Assembly (NCBI GenBank): GCA_965240325.2
Contig: OZ251244.1
Span: 1,178,001-1,242,000 of the forward strand
Source of the DNA: Rebecca billardiae RCC1528
Lineage: Eukaryota; Protista; Haptophyta
Length of the DNA stretch: 64,000 nt
Direction of reading: 5' to 3'
The notes under the pieces were generated by a model. The model made no database searches. It saw nothing but the letters and a program-made list of their open reading frames with translations, and was not told the DNA's origin. Made by a program: the position numbers and the translations under genes. Below, one piece after another: positions 9,818 to 20,258 of this stretch; position 1 is the stretch's first letter, and each line of letters begins with the position of its first letter.

Positions 9818-12800
9818 TCAATTCGTCATCAGCTCGACGGCGGGCGGCATCACCATGCGCGTCGGCTCCGGCGCGACGCGCCTCAGGTGTGCGCCGCTGG
9901 CGTGCGCCGCCGCGTCAGCGAGGCTGCGTGGCGAGAGGTGGGTCTGCGCCAGCGCCGCCTCCGCCATCGCCAGCTCGTGGGACTCGTCTGCCGTCGGTCC
10001 TGCGCTCCAAGCAAACTGCCGGCCCGCGGGGATCGGCGACGGCTTCGGCGTGCGCAAGCCGAGCTTGCGCTTGCTCGGCCGGCGCGTCTGCGGCGGCGCG
10101 TCGCCCTCGCCCACGTCCACCACGCCGCCGAGCAGCGTGAGCCCCGCGCCGCGCAGCCGCCCGCGCTCGCGCTGCCAGGCCGCCTCGTCGCTGTCCTCGT
10201 CACTGCCGGCCGAATCCGAGTCGCGGCCGACAATGATCGAGTCGGCAGAGCGGTGCGAGGAGCGGTCGAGGCTCTCGACGAGCATGCTGCCTCTTCCGGA
10301 GGTGGAGTCGAGGCCGCTGCTGGGCTGCCGCATCGGGATGGGCGGGCACGTGGCGGGCGCGGACGCCCCCAGCGGGCCGAGGCCGGCCACGCGCACATGC
10401 GGCGGCGGCGGCGCCGGGCCGCCGCGCAGCTGCTGCTGCTTGGCCGCGTACGCAGCGGTGACCTCCGCGGGCGGCGAGTCCGGGTACGGCGAGTCCGGGT
10501 GCGGCGAGTCCGGGTGCGGCGCCGGCGTGAGCCTGTGCAGCAGCTGCGGGTTCGAGAAGAGCGGCTGCGGCTCCGCACGGGCGGCGGCCGCCGGCGCCGC
10601 GGCGGCGGGCGCCGCGTGCTCGGACGCGCCCGGAAGCCTCAGCAGCGAGCGCGAGTGCACTTCTCCCGGGGACCCCTCCGAGAAGCGCTGCTCGGGGAGC
10701 GGGCCTGAGGGCATCGAATAGTCCGGGTGCGCGGCGTACTGCGGCGGCACGCTCGGCCGCGAGGGGAAGCCGAGCTGCTGCGGCTGCTGCAGCTGCTGCG
10801 CGCCGCCGACGGGCGCCTGCGCCCACTGCGGCGCTGCGGCGGAGCCGCGCCGGATGCGATCGAGCGGAGAGGCACGCATGCGGCCGACGATGGCGCCAAG
10901 TCGCGCCTGAAGCCCCGGCGACGCGCCCTTGGGCGCGGGCGCGTGCTGGTGCGCGGGCGCGCCCGCCGCGGGGCCGCCGAAGCGCGACGTCAGCGCGTGC
11001 TGCTGCTGCTGCGTGCTGCCCGCCGGCAGCGCGCCGCACACGTCCGCGCCCATCGTGCCGAGCGCGTCGCCCGCCGACACGCACCCAGCCGAGCCGTGCG
11101 GCGCGGAGCAAGCCATCGGCTCATCGCCACCGCCGGGCGCCGGGCGCTCGGCGGCGGCGCAGCTGCCGAAGTAGCGCGTGTCCGCCTCGTCCTGCAGCAC
11201 CGGCACGAACGGCGCGCGCTGGCTGCGCAGCGCATCCCAGTTGGCGCCGAAGAAGAACGGGTGCTCCCGGACTTCGTCCGGACCGTTGGCGCCGAGCCGC
11301 GAGCGCGGCGCGGCGAGGAGGGACAGGATGAGAGCGTGCGCGGCGGGCGAGATCGGGATCGCCTCGGGGATGCGCAGCGTCTGCGCGAACATGAGCACGC
11401 GGTCCATCGTCGCGTGCGCCGTCCCCGCCTCGAACGGCGGGCGCCCAATCAGCATCTCATACAGAATCACGCCGACCGACCACCAGTCACACTCGTAACT
11501 GTAGCCCGCCTCGAGCAGCACCTCTGCGCGGCGCGGGGTTTGGGATAGGGTTAGGGTGGGAGGGCGAGAGAGGGGTCGTGGGGCGGTGAGCACAGGGCGG
11601 TGGGCGGGCGGCGGGCCGGCGCGCGGCGGCGCGCCTCGCGCCCACTCCCCGCGCGCGCGCGGCGGGACGCGCGCTGGCTGCGCGCGCGCGCGCGCGCGCA
11701 CCTGGTGCGATGTAGTTGGGCGTGCCCACACGCTGATATGCCGGCGCCGCGGCCGCGGGCTTGGGCGGCGATGCCGCCAAGCGCTCGTGCCACATCACCG
11801 CGGGGCCGCTCGGGCGCGGCTGCTCGAAGAGCGAGTGCGGGAGCGCGGGCGGCGCGGGCGCCGCCGGGTGCCGCGCCGGATGCGCGCCCCCAAACCCCGG
11901 GTGCGGAGGATGTCTCACGAGCGCGCTCGCGTCGCCAGCGCGCGCGCCGAGCGGGAGCGCGGCGCCGAGCTTCTGCACGGATGCGAGGCTGCCGCCGGCC
12001 GTGCGCGGGCTGCGCGGGCTGCGCGGCTTCTTGAGCCGCGAGCCGCCCGCCGCCGTCGCCGCGCGCTCGTACGCCTCCGCCTCCGACTCGAACGCGACCA
12101 CCTGCGCCGCGCCCGACCCGGCGGCGGCGGCGGCGCCGCGTCCGTTGCGGACGCTCAGCGAGAGCCCGAAATCCACGAGCTTGAGGTGGCCGCGGCGGTC
12201 GATGAGCACGTTGTCCGGCTTGATGTCGCGGTGGATGTACTCGAGCGCGTGCACCGCCGCCACCGCCGCCACCAGCTCCGCCGCGTAGAAGAACGCCTCC
12301 GACTCCGCCAGCCGGCCGCGCGCCTGCAGCAGATGCATCAGGTCCCCTCCCGGCGCGTACTCCAGGATCATGACCAGGTGCTCGGCCGAGCGGAAGGAGT
12401 GCGTCATGTTCGCGACCCACGGCGAGGTGCGCGCGTCGCGCGTCAGCTCGAGCAGCGCGTCGCGCTCCGCGAAGGCTCGCTTCGCCTGCGCGCGCGGCGC
12501 GGCGTGGGCGGCGGGCGGCGGCGGGGTGAGCAGGGCATGCGGCGCGACGGGTGCGCGCCCGCTGCGGCGCCGTGCCGCACGGGGGCCGGACGCTGCACGG
12601 GCCGGAGGCGCGTGCGCGCACCACTTCGGCGGTCGCGCCGCTCCCCATCACGCGTAGCCGCTTCATCGCGTACACCACGCCGCTCGCGCTCTCGCGGCAG
12701 AGGCGCACCTCGCCACCCGCGCCCGAGCCAAGCATGCCGAGATGTTGGTAGCCGGCATCCGGGTGCAGTTGCCTGCGCCTGCGTGGCACGAGGGACGCGC

Positions 12801-13125
12801 GTGCGAGACGTGGCGGCGCGCGAGACGAGGCGTGAGCGCACGCCTGGCGCATCCCCGCCGGTGCAGGCGCGCACGCCACGCGCGCTGCGCCGCACCAGAG
12901 CATTGCCTCGCGCCTGTGCGGCCGCATCGGCGCTGCCGACATGGTGCTGTGCTCGCCGGCCGCCGCGGCGGCGGTGACGCTGGGGGGAGCGGCTGATTGT
13001 GCGCGCCAATCGGAGAGGGTGTCATAAAAATCCTCGATCGCTGCCTTCGCGGCCTCGCCGTGCGCCCTTCCGGGCGTCGCGGCCGTAGCCGCCGCTGGTG
13101 GCTGTCGCCGGAGGCTGGGCAGCAT
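9818..13125 (-). CDS. NDR/LATS-family AGC Ser/Thr kinase (4 exons)
   Basis: AKAAIEDFY N-terminal regulatory motif; GSGAGGEV, YAMK, HRDIKPDN, DFG, long insert before VGTPNYIAPE, CDWWSVG; AGC C-tail (HPFF...APFVP...DTRYF). Introns ~12773-12913 (GC donor), ~12486-12621, ~11524-11701. Confidence 0.92.
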
Positions 13126-13239
13126 GGTTCGCACTCGCTGCACGGTTCTCACAGGGGTAGCGCTCACGCGGTAGTACGGATCAGCGCGGTCGTTTGGCGG
13201 GTATGACCCAATTGGCCCCGTGAGGGACATCAAGAGTGG

Positions 13240-14545
13240 GTGCGGGGTTGTGGGAGCGCCCCAGGCGGTACCGTTCTATCGAGCACATAATACCCCGATC
13301 TCGGTCTCTTAAATTGGCCTGGCCAATCACAGCGCGCACGCAAGTTTGGCGTCGATGGCCATTCATTTACCGCCGCGACCAAATGACTACAGAGGAGTGC
13401 GCTTTTCATCCATGAATATTTTCGGGCGCCACGGTTCGGAGGCCGAAAGTGTTGATGAGCCCGACCCATCAAGCCAAACCAGTTCGTCGCAAGCTTCGAA
13501 AGTTTTGGCGGCGGCGGAAGGAGAAGCCCGGTTCGATTGACTTCCCGCGCATGGACTGCCTTTCGGCTTTCGCGTCATTGACTGTACCCGCAATGAATGG
13601 GCCAAAACACACTAGGTGCTAATATCCGCCGCTTTGCATGACTCGCCCGCGCGCATACGGTTAAAGACTGATCAAGGATTTTGGACAAAGCCTATCTATC
13701 ATGTGATATGTACCAAATGATGATGTGAAAATCGAGCACCCCGATGATATATCGTGGTTTAGGTTTTTTTTGGTTTGGGGAGCTCGGTTGTAACCAAACC
13801 TTCTCATCACACAATTTGTCAAAGGGTAGCCGCGAAACGCGGTACCGAGTGTCATCATCGGAACAGGCATTAAGAAGTCGACGCCAATGAGAAGCTCCAG
13901 ATGAATCGGGGGATTCGGGGCGATCCGGGCCCCTTTCCTGATTGTGCTGAGATTGCTCACCGCCACTCATCATTTTGCGAGATGAGTATTGGGCTACGCG
14001 TGGAAACTTGAACGGGGCTTGACATTTTCACCCCCTCAAATTTTGGGGTTTTCCCCTCCCCGCGCGCGGGGTGATGACTTTGTAATGGGGCAATTGACTT
14101 TTGGCGCCAAAGATGACCAATGCGCAGCTTACTCGCAAAATCTCCGCCGACGTGATGAAGCCCGATCTCCCCAGGCCTGGGTGGAGTGCACTCGCAATCT
14201 GCGCACTCATCAAAGCCAATCTCACAAATCCAAGCCGTCCACGTCCTGGACTGCTCCGATCATGAGATACCCAATGTCCAGATCGGAGATGCGCATAGGC
14301 GAGATGAAAATCCGCCGTTTGCGCGGGCGCGCAAAGTGGTATCTCATCACCTCTCCCGGTACTCACCACCCAGGTTTGAAGCCACCTCCTACCCGGTACC
14401 GTCCTTTCACGCCGTTCCACTGACGATCTGAGTGGACCTGGCTGATCGCCAGAATCAATCCGAGTGTGTGAATTCCAACATCAAGAAGCTTGGTCGTCGG
14501 CACAAATCATGAAACAAATCGCGCCGTACAAAAAGGTAACGCTCA
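13240..14545. other. Compositionally distinct lower-GC island, probable transposon interior
   Basis: Abrupt drop in GC with A/T runs and no credible ORF; termini not identified. Confidence 0.35.
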
Positions 14546-15606
14546 TGATGGCTGCGCGCCGCCGGCTGGGTGGGGCGAGGAGTCACTGAGGACACCCACC
14601 ATGTAGTGCCCCGGACGAGCACATGGAGCGAGTATCTCGGCCACGGTGCGGGACACGTTGGCGCCTAGGCTCGGGTTCCTGACACGACGCTGACTCGCAA
14701 ACTCGCCCTGCCTTGCAGTGCGGCCGCTTCCGGCCGACGCGGCAGCCGCAGCCGACGCACGGCCACCGGGCCCGCGGCGGCGGCGCCGGCTCGCGCGGCC
14801 GGAGCCGCAGCCGCGACGCGGCGACCCCGGCCACGGGGCTGCAGCGGGCCCCGCGGGGTGGCACTGTGACTGGGGCCGATGACGGTCAGTCTGAGCCACT
14901 GTGACCGTCCGCCGCCAACGGTGCCACTGGCGCGGACTCGCCGCCAGTCACATTGAACCGCGTCAGGACCGTCGGCGCGCCGGAGTACCGGAACCGCGCG
15001 GGCCATTCGCGGCGGACCGTCTGCTAATAATCTGAGTGCAGCTCAGAACGGTCCGACCCGGCGCCGTACACTAGACAGGACTACAGTCTGATGATGAGCC
15101 GTGAATCAGCCCGAGTGCCCGCGCGCCGCCGGCTGGCTGCGCGCTCGGACCTCGGACGAGTCACTCCGCGGGGACCGCGCGGGCGCGGGCCGGTCCCGCG
15201 GCGCTGCCCCGTCGGACTCACGTGAGCCCGAGTAGTGACCGGTCCGACGGAGTGCAGCCGGCGCCGTGACTGGCCGGGCGTGACTTGACACCGCAGCCGC
15301 GACCGTGCGAGCGGGCTTCCGACCGTCGGAGAGTCCGGTGGCCAGGCGCGGGCGGCCGGCCAACCCGGTGCCCGGCCCGGCGGCCCCGGGCCCCGGGCCG
15401 CCGCCGCCGCCGTCGGAGGCCCGGCTGCGGCCGGGCCGGCCGGCGCCGCCGGCTGCGCGCCGCGCCCCGGCGCCGCCCTCGGGCCCGCAGCCTCCGGATC
15501 CGGCGCGGGCGGGACCGTCTCCGCCCGCCCTCACCCGGCGGCGTGACGGCCGCGGCGTGCCCGGGCAGCCCGCCGCGGACGCCTCCATCCGCGGGCCTTA
15601 TGCGGA

Positions 15607-16162
15607 GCGTTGCGCCAGCTGGACAAACGCGAAGGACCCAAGACCCAGGATCCTTGGACTTGTGGAGGGCCCTGGCGAGACCTGCACTCGGATCGGGGCC
15701 CTTTCTCGCTGTGCCGCTTTCGGCGCACGCCCGGCCGCGCGGCGGGCGACGTGTGCGCACGCCGTGCAGCTCGCGGCGCGTGCGCATTGGCTAGCTGGCA
15801 CACGTCTCCCGACGCACAAGGCAAATGACCGCAGCTGGGATGCTCTTTCGCGCCGCAAGAACGCGTGCGAGGCCGGTCGCCGCGGCCGAGCGGCGTGGCC
15901 GTGCCGCCTGCACGCTGGGCGCCCATGGACGTGGCTTCGCCGCGCGCGCTGAGGCCGGCGAGCGTCGCGACCGACTTCCACGACGCGTGCGACGCGCCAT
16001 CTGCCCGCTTCCTTGCCTGTGACGCACGTCTTCTGCGGGCAATGGCGACTCGCGCGCCCATGCGGCGGCGAAGCCGCCATCCGCCGCGCTTTGCCGTTGG
16101 ACAGCGCGGAACATTTCTTTTTGAAAAGCGCCGATGTTTGTCCAGCTGGCGCAACGCCCCTG
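15607..16162. mobile_element. Degenerate hAT-like MITE
   Basis: 22-bp perfect inverted repeat 15607-15628 / 16136-16157; right end CCCCTG. Left terminus eroded, TSD not found. Confidence 0.55.
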
Positions 16163-16167
16163 CTGAC

Positions 16168-16620
16168 CAGGGCTCCAAGACGGTACACCGGACACCGGTA
16201 AATACCGTACCGGTGCGTACCGGTGCGTACCGGTATGCACCGCCACAAACTGCCGCGCACCGGTGAGAGTCCGGGAGGGGTCGTGTGCGCCCGGACCACA
16301 GCACCCGCGAGTACGGACTACGCGGAGCTGTCACTTGTCAGTGTCCGAGCGGTCCGCGGGAGTCACGGCCGGATGCTGGCCACTAACTGTCAGTCAGGGC
16401 CAAGGCGACCGTACTCGCCGCGCCGATTTCGTCCAATAATTGGGCTGTAGTTTCTATCAGTAAATAGGCCCAAAACTTTTCTTCGCCTCGGGCCGGCGGG
16501 GCCCCGGGGGGGACACCCCCCCGGACCCCCCCGCGGTGCGCGCACCGGTGTACCGGTACACCGGCGCCTGCGGCGCCGGTGCACCGGTACGCGTACCGAG
16601 CACCGGATCTTTGAGCCCTG
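16168..16620. mobile_element. hAT-family MITE (453 bp)
   Basis: TIRs CAGGGCTC(C/A)AAGA; exact 8-bp TSD CTGCTGAC at 16160-16167 and 16621-16628; ACCGGT subterminal repeats. Confidence 0.92.
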
Positions 16621-16909
16621 CTGCTGACCGCCGTGCCGGGTCGCGGCAGCTTGAAGCCTATCAGCCGCCTGCCACGAGACGCGGCCGGTGCCGGCCCGGC
16701 CGCCCGCGTCTCGGAGCGGTCGGTCGGGTCCGGGGCTCGCAAGCCTTGCTGTGCCGCCGAGTAGTAGTTACTCGACCCGAGGCCCGGAAGCCGGAGCCTC
16801 GGCTTTGCCCGTGCGGGGCCGCCTCCTGAGTCCTGACTCTCGATCGAGTTGGCCGGATCAAGGAGCCGCCAGGTCCGCGGGGCCCGGGAGCGGGGGCAGG
16901 CAATCGGAC

Positions 16910-18247
16910 TCAGAACGGCGCCTTGTTGGAGTACATGTGCGTGACCGAGTGGTCATCACGATGCCTCGGCGAGTACGCGGCCGGGCCGGGCGACGAAGGG
17001 CCCTTCTTGCGGAAGCGCTCCGAGCGCGACGAGAAGATCGAGGTCGTCCGACCCATGGTCTCACTGGCGCTCTTGGAAAGCGACCGCGCGACGTGCGCGT
17101 CGTAGTATCCCGGACCCAGCCTGAACGGACTCTGCGGCTGGTCCGTGATCTGCAGCTCGCGCGCCGAGTGCGACGCAAACTGCGACGTGCCGCCCGCACG
17201 GCTCGAGCCGCCCAAAGAGCGCTGGCTCAGCTCGTGCGCGCGCGGCGAGTACGCCGCCGCGCCGGGCGAGCGCGCCTCGTCCTTCTTGAAGCGCGGCGAG
17301 CCGGACGCGAACGTGCCGGAGGCGCTCTTGCGCGGGCTGCGCGCGACCACCTCGGGCTGGTGCTCGCCCGGGCCTAGCCTGAACGGACTCTGCGGCTGGT
17401 CCGTGATCTGCAGCTCGCGCGCCGAGTGCGACGCAAACTGCGACGTGCCGCCCGCACGGCTCGAGCCGCCCAGCGAGCGCTGGCTCAGCTCGTGCGCGCG
17501 CGGCGAGTACGCCGCCGCGCCGGGCGAGCGCGCCTCGTCCTTCTTGAAGCGCGGCGAGCCGGACGCGAACGTGCCGGAGGCGCTCTTGCGCGGGCTGCGC
17601 GCGACCACCTCGGGCTGGTGCTCGCCCGGGCCTAGCCTGAACGGACTCTGCGGCTGGTCCGTGATCTGCAGCTCGCGCGCCGAGTGCGACGCAAACTGCG
17701 ACGTGCCGCCCGCACGGCTCGAGCCGCCCAAAGAGCGCTGGCTCAGCTCGTGCGCGCGCGGCGAGTACGCCGCCGCGCCGGGCGAGCGCGCCTCGTCCTT
17801 CTTGAAGCGCGGCGAGCCCGACGCGAACGTGCCGGAGGCGCTCTTGCGCGGGCTGCGCGCGACCACCTCGGGCTGGTGCTCGCCCGGGCCTAGCCTGAAC
17901 GGACTCTGCGGCTGGTCCGTGATCTGCAGCTCGCGCGCCGAATGCGACGCAAACTGCGACGTGCCGCCCGCACGGCTCGAGCCGCCCAAAGAGCGCTGGC
18001 TCAGCTCGTGCGCGCGCGGCGAGTACGCCGCCGCGCCGGGCGAGCGGGCCTCGTCCTTCTTGAAGCGCGGCGAGCCGGACGCGAACGTGCCGGAGGCGTC
18101 CTTCCTCGGCGAATCAACGGTGACGTGCTGGTAGTCCACAGGTGCCGGCTTGGCGGCGGCGTCACTGCCCTCCCATGGCAGCCGCACGTTTTTCACCGCC
18201 GATGTGAAGGCCGCCGAGGGCTTCTGTGGAGGCCGCCGATCTGCCAT
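16910..18247 (-). CDS. Sperm-tail PG-rich (SHIPPO/ODF3-type) repeat protein, probable axonemal
   Basis: Repeated F-x-S-x-S-x-R-F...(S)PG(P/A)xAYxP and LGPGYYD motifs; first ATG at 18247. Confidence 0.8.
   Translation of the reverse strand: MADRRPPQKPSAAFTSAVKNVRLPWEGSDAAAKPAPVDYQHVTVDSPRKDASGTFASGSPRFKKDEARSPGAAAYSPRAHELSQRSLGGSSRAGGTSQFASHSARELQITDQPQSPFRLGPGEHQPEVVARSPRKSASGTFASGSPRFKKDEARSPGAAAYSPRAHELSQRSLGGSSRAGGTSQFASHSARELQITDQPQSPFRLGPGEHQPEVVARSPRKSASGTFASGSPRFKKDEARSPGAAAYSPRAHELSQRSLGGSSRAGGTSQFASHSARELQITDQPQSPFRLGPGEHQPEVVARSPRKSASGTFASGSPRFKKDEARSPGAAAYSPRAHELSQRSLGGSSRAGGTSQFASHSARELQITDQPQSPFRLGPGYYDAHVARSLSKSASETMGRTTSIFSSRSERFRKKGPSSPGPAAYSPRHRDDHSVTHMYSNKAPF
17118..18095. 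repeat. ~3.8 near-identical 258-bp (86-codon) tandem repeats within the CDS
   Basis: Unit repeats at 17118, 17376, 17634 and 17892 with only isolated synonymous changes. Confidence 0.95.
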
Positions 18248-18406
18248 CGATGCAGCGAGCGACACACTTCCGAGACCGACGCCGAAGGGCCGCTTGAGCG
18301 GCTTCGGACCCACTCGGCTTCGTCAGCCAGGAACTCCAACAGTCGCTTTTGGCGTGCGGCTTGGTCAAGCGTCGAAGTAACGGCACGGGCCGCTTGGTGA
18401 GCCGCC

Positions 18407-19788
18407 ATGGAGCACGGCATCCCGCCGCCGCCGGATCCCACCTTCTCCATCGAGAAGGTGAACACACTCGCTGCCCCGAAGGGCATCAGCAACAGGTGTG
18501 CCTTGGAGTGCACCAGCGCCTCCTCACGCCCTGCCACGCCGCGTTACGCCGCCGACTCGCGCTGACGCGCGGCGCGCAACGCCGCGCGCTGCCCATTGCC
18601 CGCAGATGCGAGCTGACCGGGCTGCCTGCACAAGTGATGCTGGTGACGCCGTACGTCACGCTGTTCTACGCGTCGCGCGAGCACGCGGCGAACGCGTGGG
18701 ACTCGATCATGCACAAGATCGTGCACGTCGTCGGCGGGCTGCGCAACGCGGTGCAGACGATCGGCGCGGAGGAGCGGAACCGCCAAACTGCCGAGGCGAA
18801 CGACACGCGCAGGCGGCTGATCTCGCTGTGCCAGAGCGAGGCGAGCAAGGCTTGCGTCCGCGCGGACTTCCACCTGGCCATCCCCGCCGCCGTGTACGCG
18901 CTGCAGTTCCTCACCGAGGTGTACGGCGAGGGCAAGATTGAGCTCGTGCCCGCCCACCTGCTTCTAGCTGAGGCGAACCTCGGTGCGCGCCGTTATCCGC
19001 AGGCGGAGCAGTTCCTCACGCTGGCGAACTGGGTGCTGGTGAAGAACCCGCAGGCGTCGGACGCGCTGCGCTCGACCCTGCGGCGCAACTTCGGCAAGCT
19101 CTACGCCTCGCAGGAGCGGTACGAGGACGCGCTCCACCACCTGGCCGACGACGTCTATCACTCGTCGCTCATGTTCGGCCCAGAGCACATCCACACGAGC
19201 GGTGGCTACTTCGAGATGGGCGCGTGCTTCTTCGCGCTGTCGCAGGTGGAGCCGGCGCTCGCGTTCTTCGACAAGGTGGTGGATATCTGGTACAAGACCG
19301 CCACCCGGCTGCTGTACGCGCCCGAGCCCGGCTCGGAGGGCGCGGCCGACGTGCCGGCCGCCGAGAAGCCGCCAGTCGTCGACGACGCGATGCGATCCGC
19401 CGGCATCGAGATGCTGAAGGAGGTGCGCAAGCGGCGGGCCGAGTGCGTGGGCGAGTCGAACATCGCGACGGGCGAGGCCGAGTACATCCTGGGCCTGCTG
19501 TATCAGCTCAACGGCGAGATGGAGCAGGCGTACGAGCTGATCGAGGGAGCGCTCGAGGTGCGCGCGTGCGGGCGCGCGTGCTCGAGCAGCCATGCCCAAT
19601 CAATGCTGCGAGCCAGCGCGCACCACCACCTCACGTGCGCGCGCGCGCGTGCCCAACGCGCGTGCGCCACGCAGGTGTACGAGGCGCAGCTCGGCGACGA
19701 GCATCACTCGACGCGGGACGTGATGAACTCGAGGCTGCTGCTCAAGGAGATCCTGATGGAGATGGAGCAGAATAATGGTGGAGCATGA
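18407..19788 (+). CDS. ZMYND12: ZMYND12 orthologue (flagellar TPR protein; 3 exons)
   Basis: LAAPKG..CE, WDSIMHKI, AIPAA, ELVPAHLLLAEANLG, LRRNFGKLY, HLADDVY, HTSGGYF, KVVDIW match the family as recalled. Introns 18496-18605 and 19558-19674. Confidence 0.9.
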
Positions 19789-20258
19789 TGAACAATTGTG
19801 CTGTGCGTCTTTCGTTTGGTTCTGAATGAGCCTTGGCTGCCGCGGCAGAGTGGCTGCTGTGGGGCCCAGCCTTTGCCGACGTCGCAGCACTCGGTGCTGC
19901 ACGGGCCGGAGCACGCCGCCGTCGCGCGGCTGCGCGCCGAGTCCGCCGAGCAGGCTGCGCGCGGGCGGGCTTAGGCCTCAGCGCGGCCTGGCCGGCTCCG
20001 AGCAGTCAGCGTAGTCCGAGCCGGCGGCAGCGTCCGCGTCCGCGCGCCGGCGGGTGCCAGACATATGCATCGTCATGAGCACGCGCCACTGATGGCGCGC
20101 AGGATCGGCGACTGGCTCGCATCATAGCGCTGACGACATCCTCGCGGATAGTTAATCGGGCCTGCTCGTCAGCATTAATAACACTATATATATATATACA
20201 TACACACACATATATATACACACACATATATATATATACACTGCTACTATATAGTGTC

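Noticed and set aside
17145-18134. 329-aa + strand ORF with Cys-containing repeats
   Set aside because: Antisense shadow of the STPG-repeat gene.
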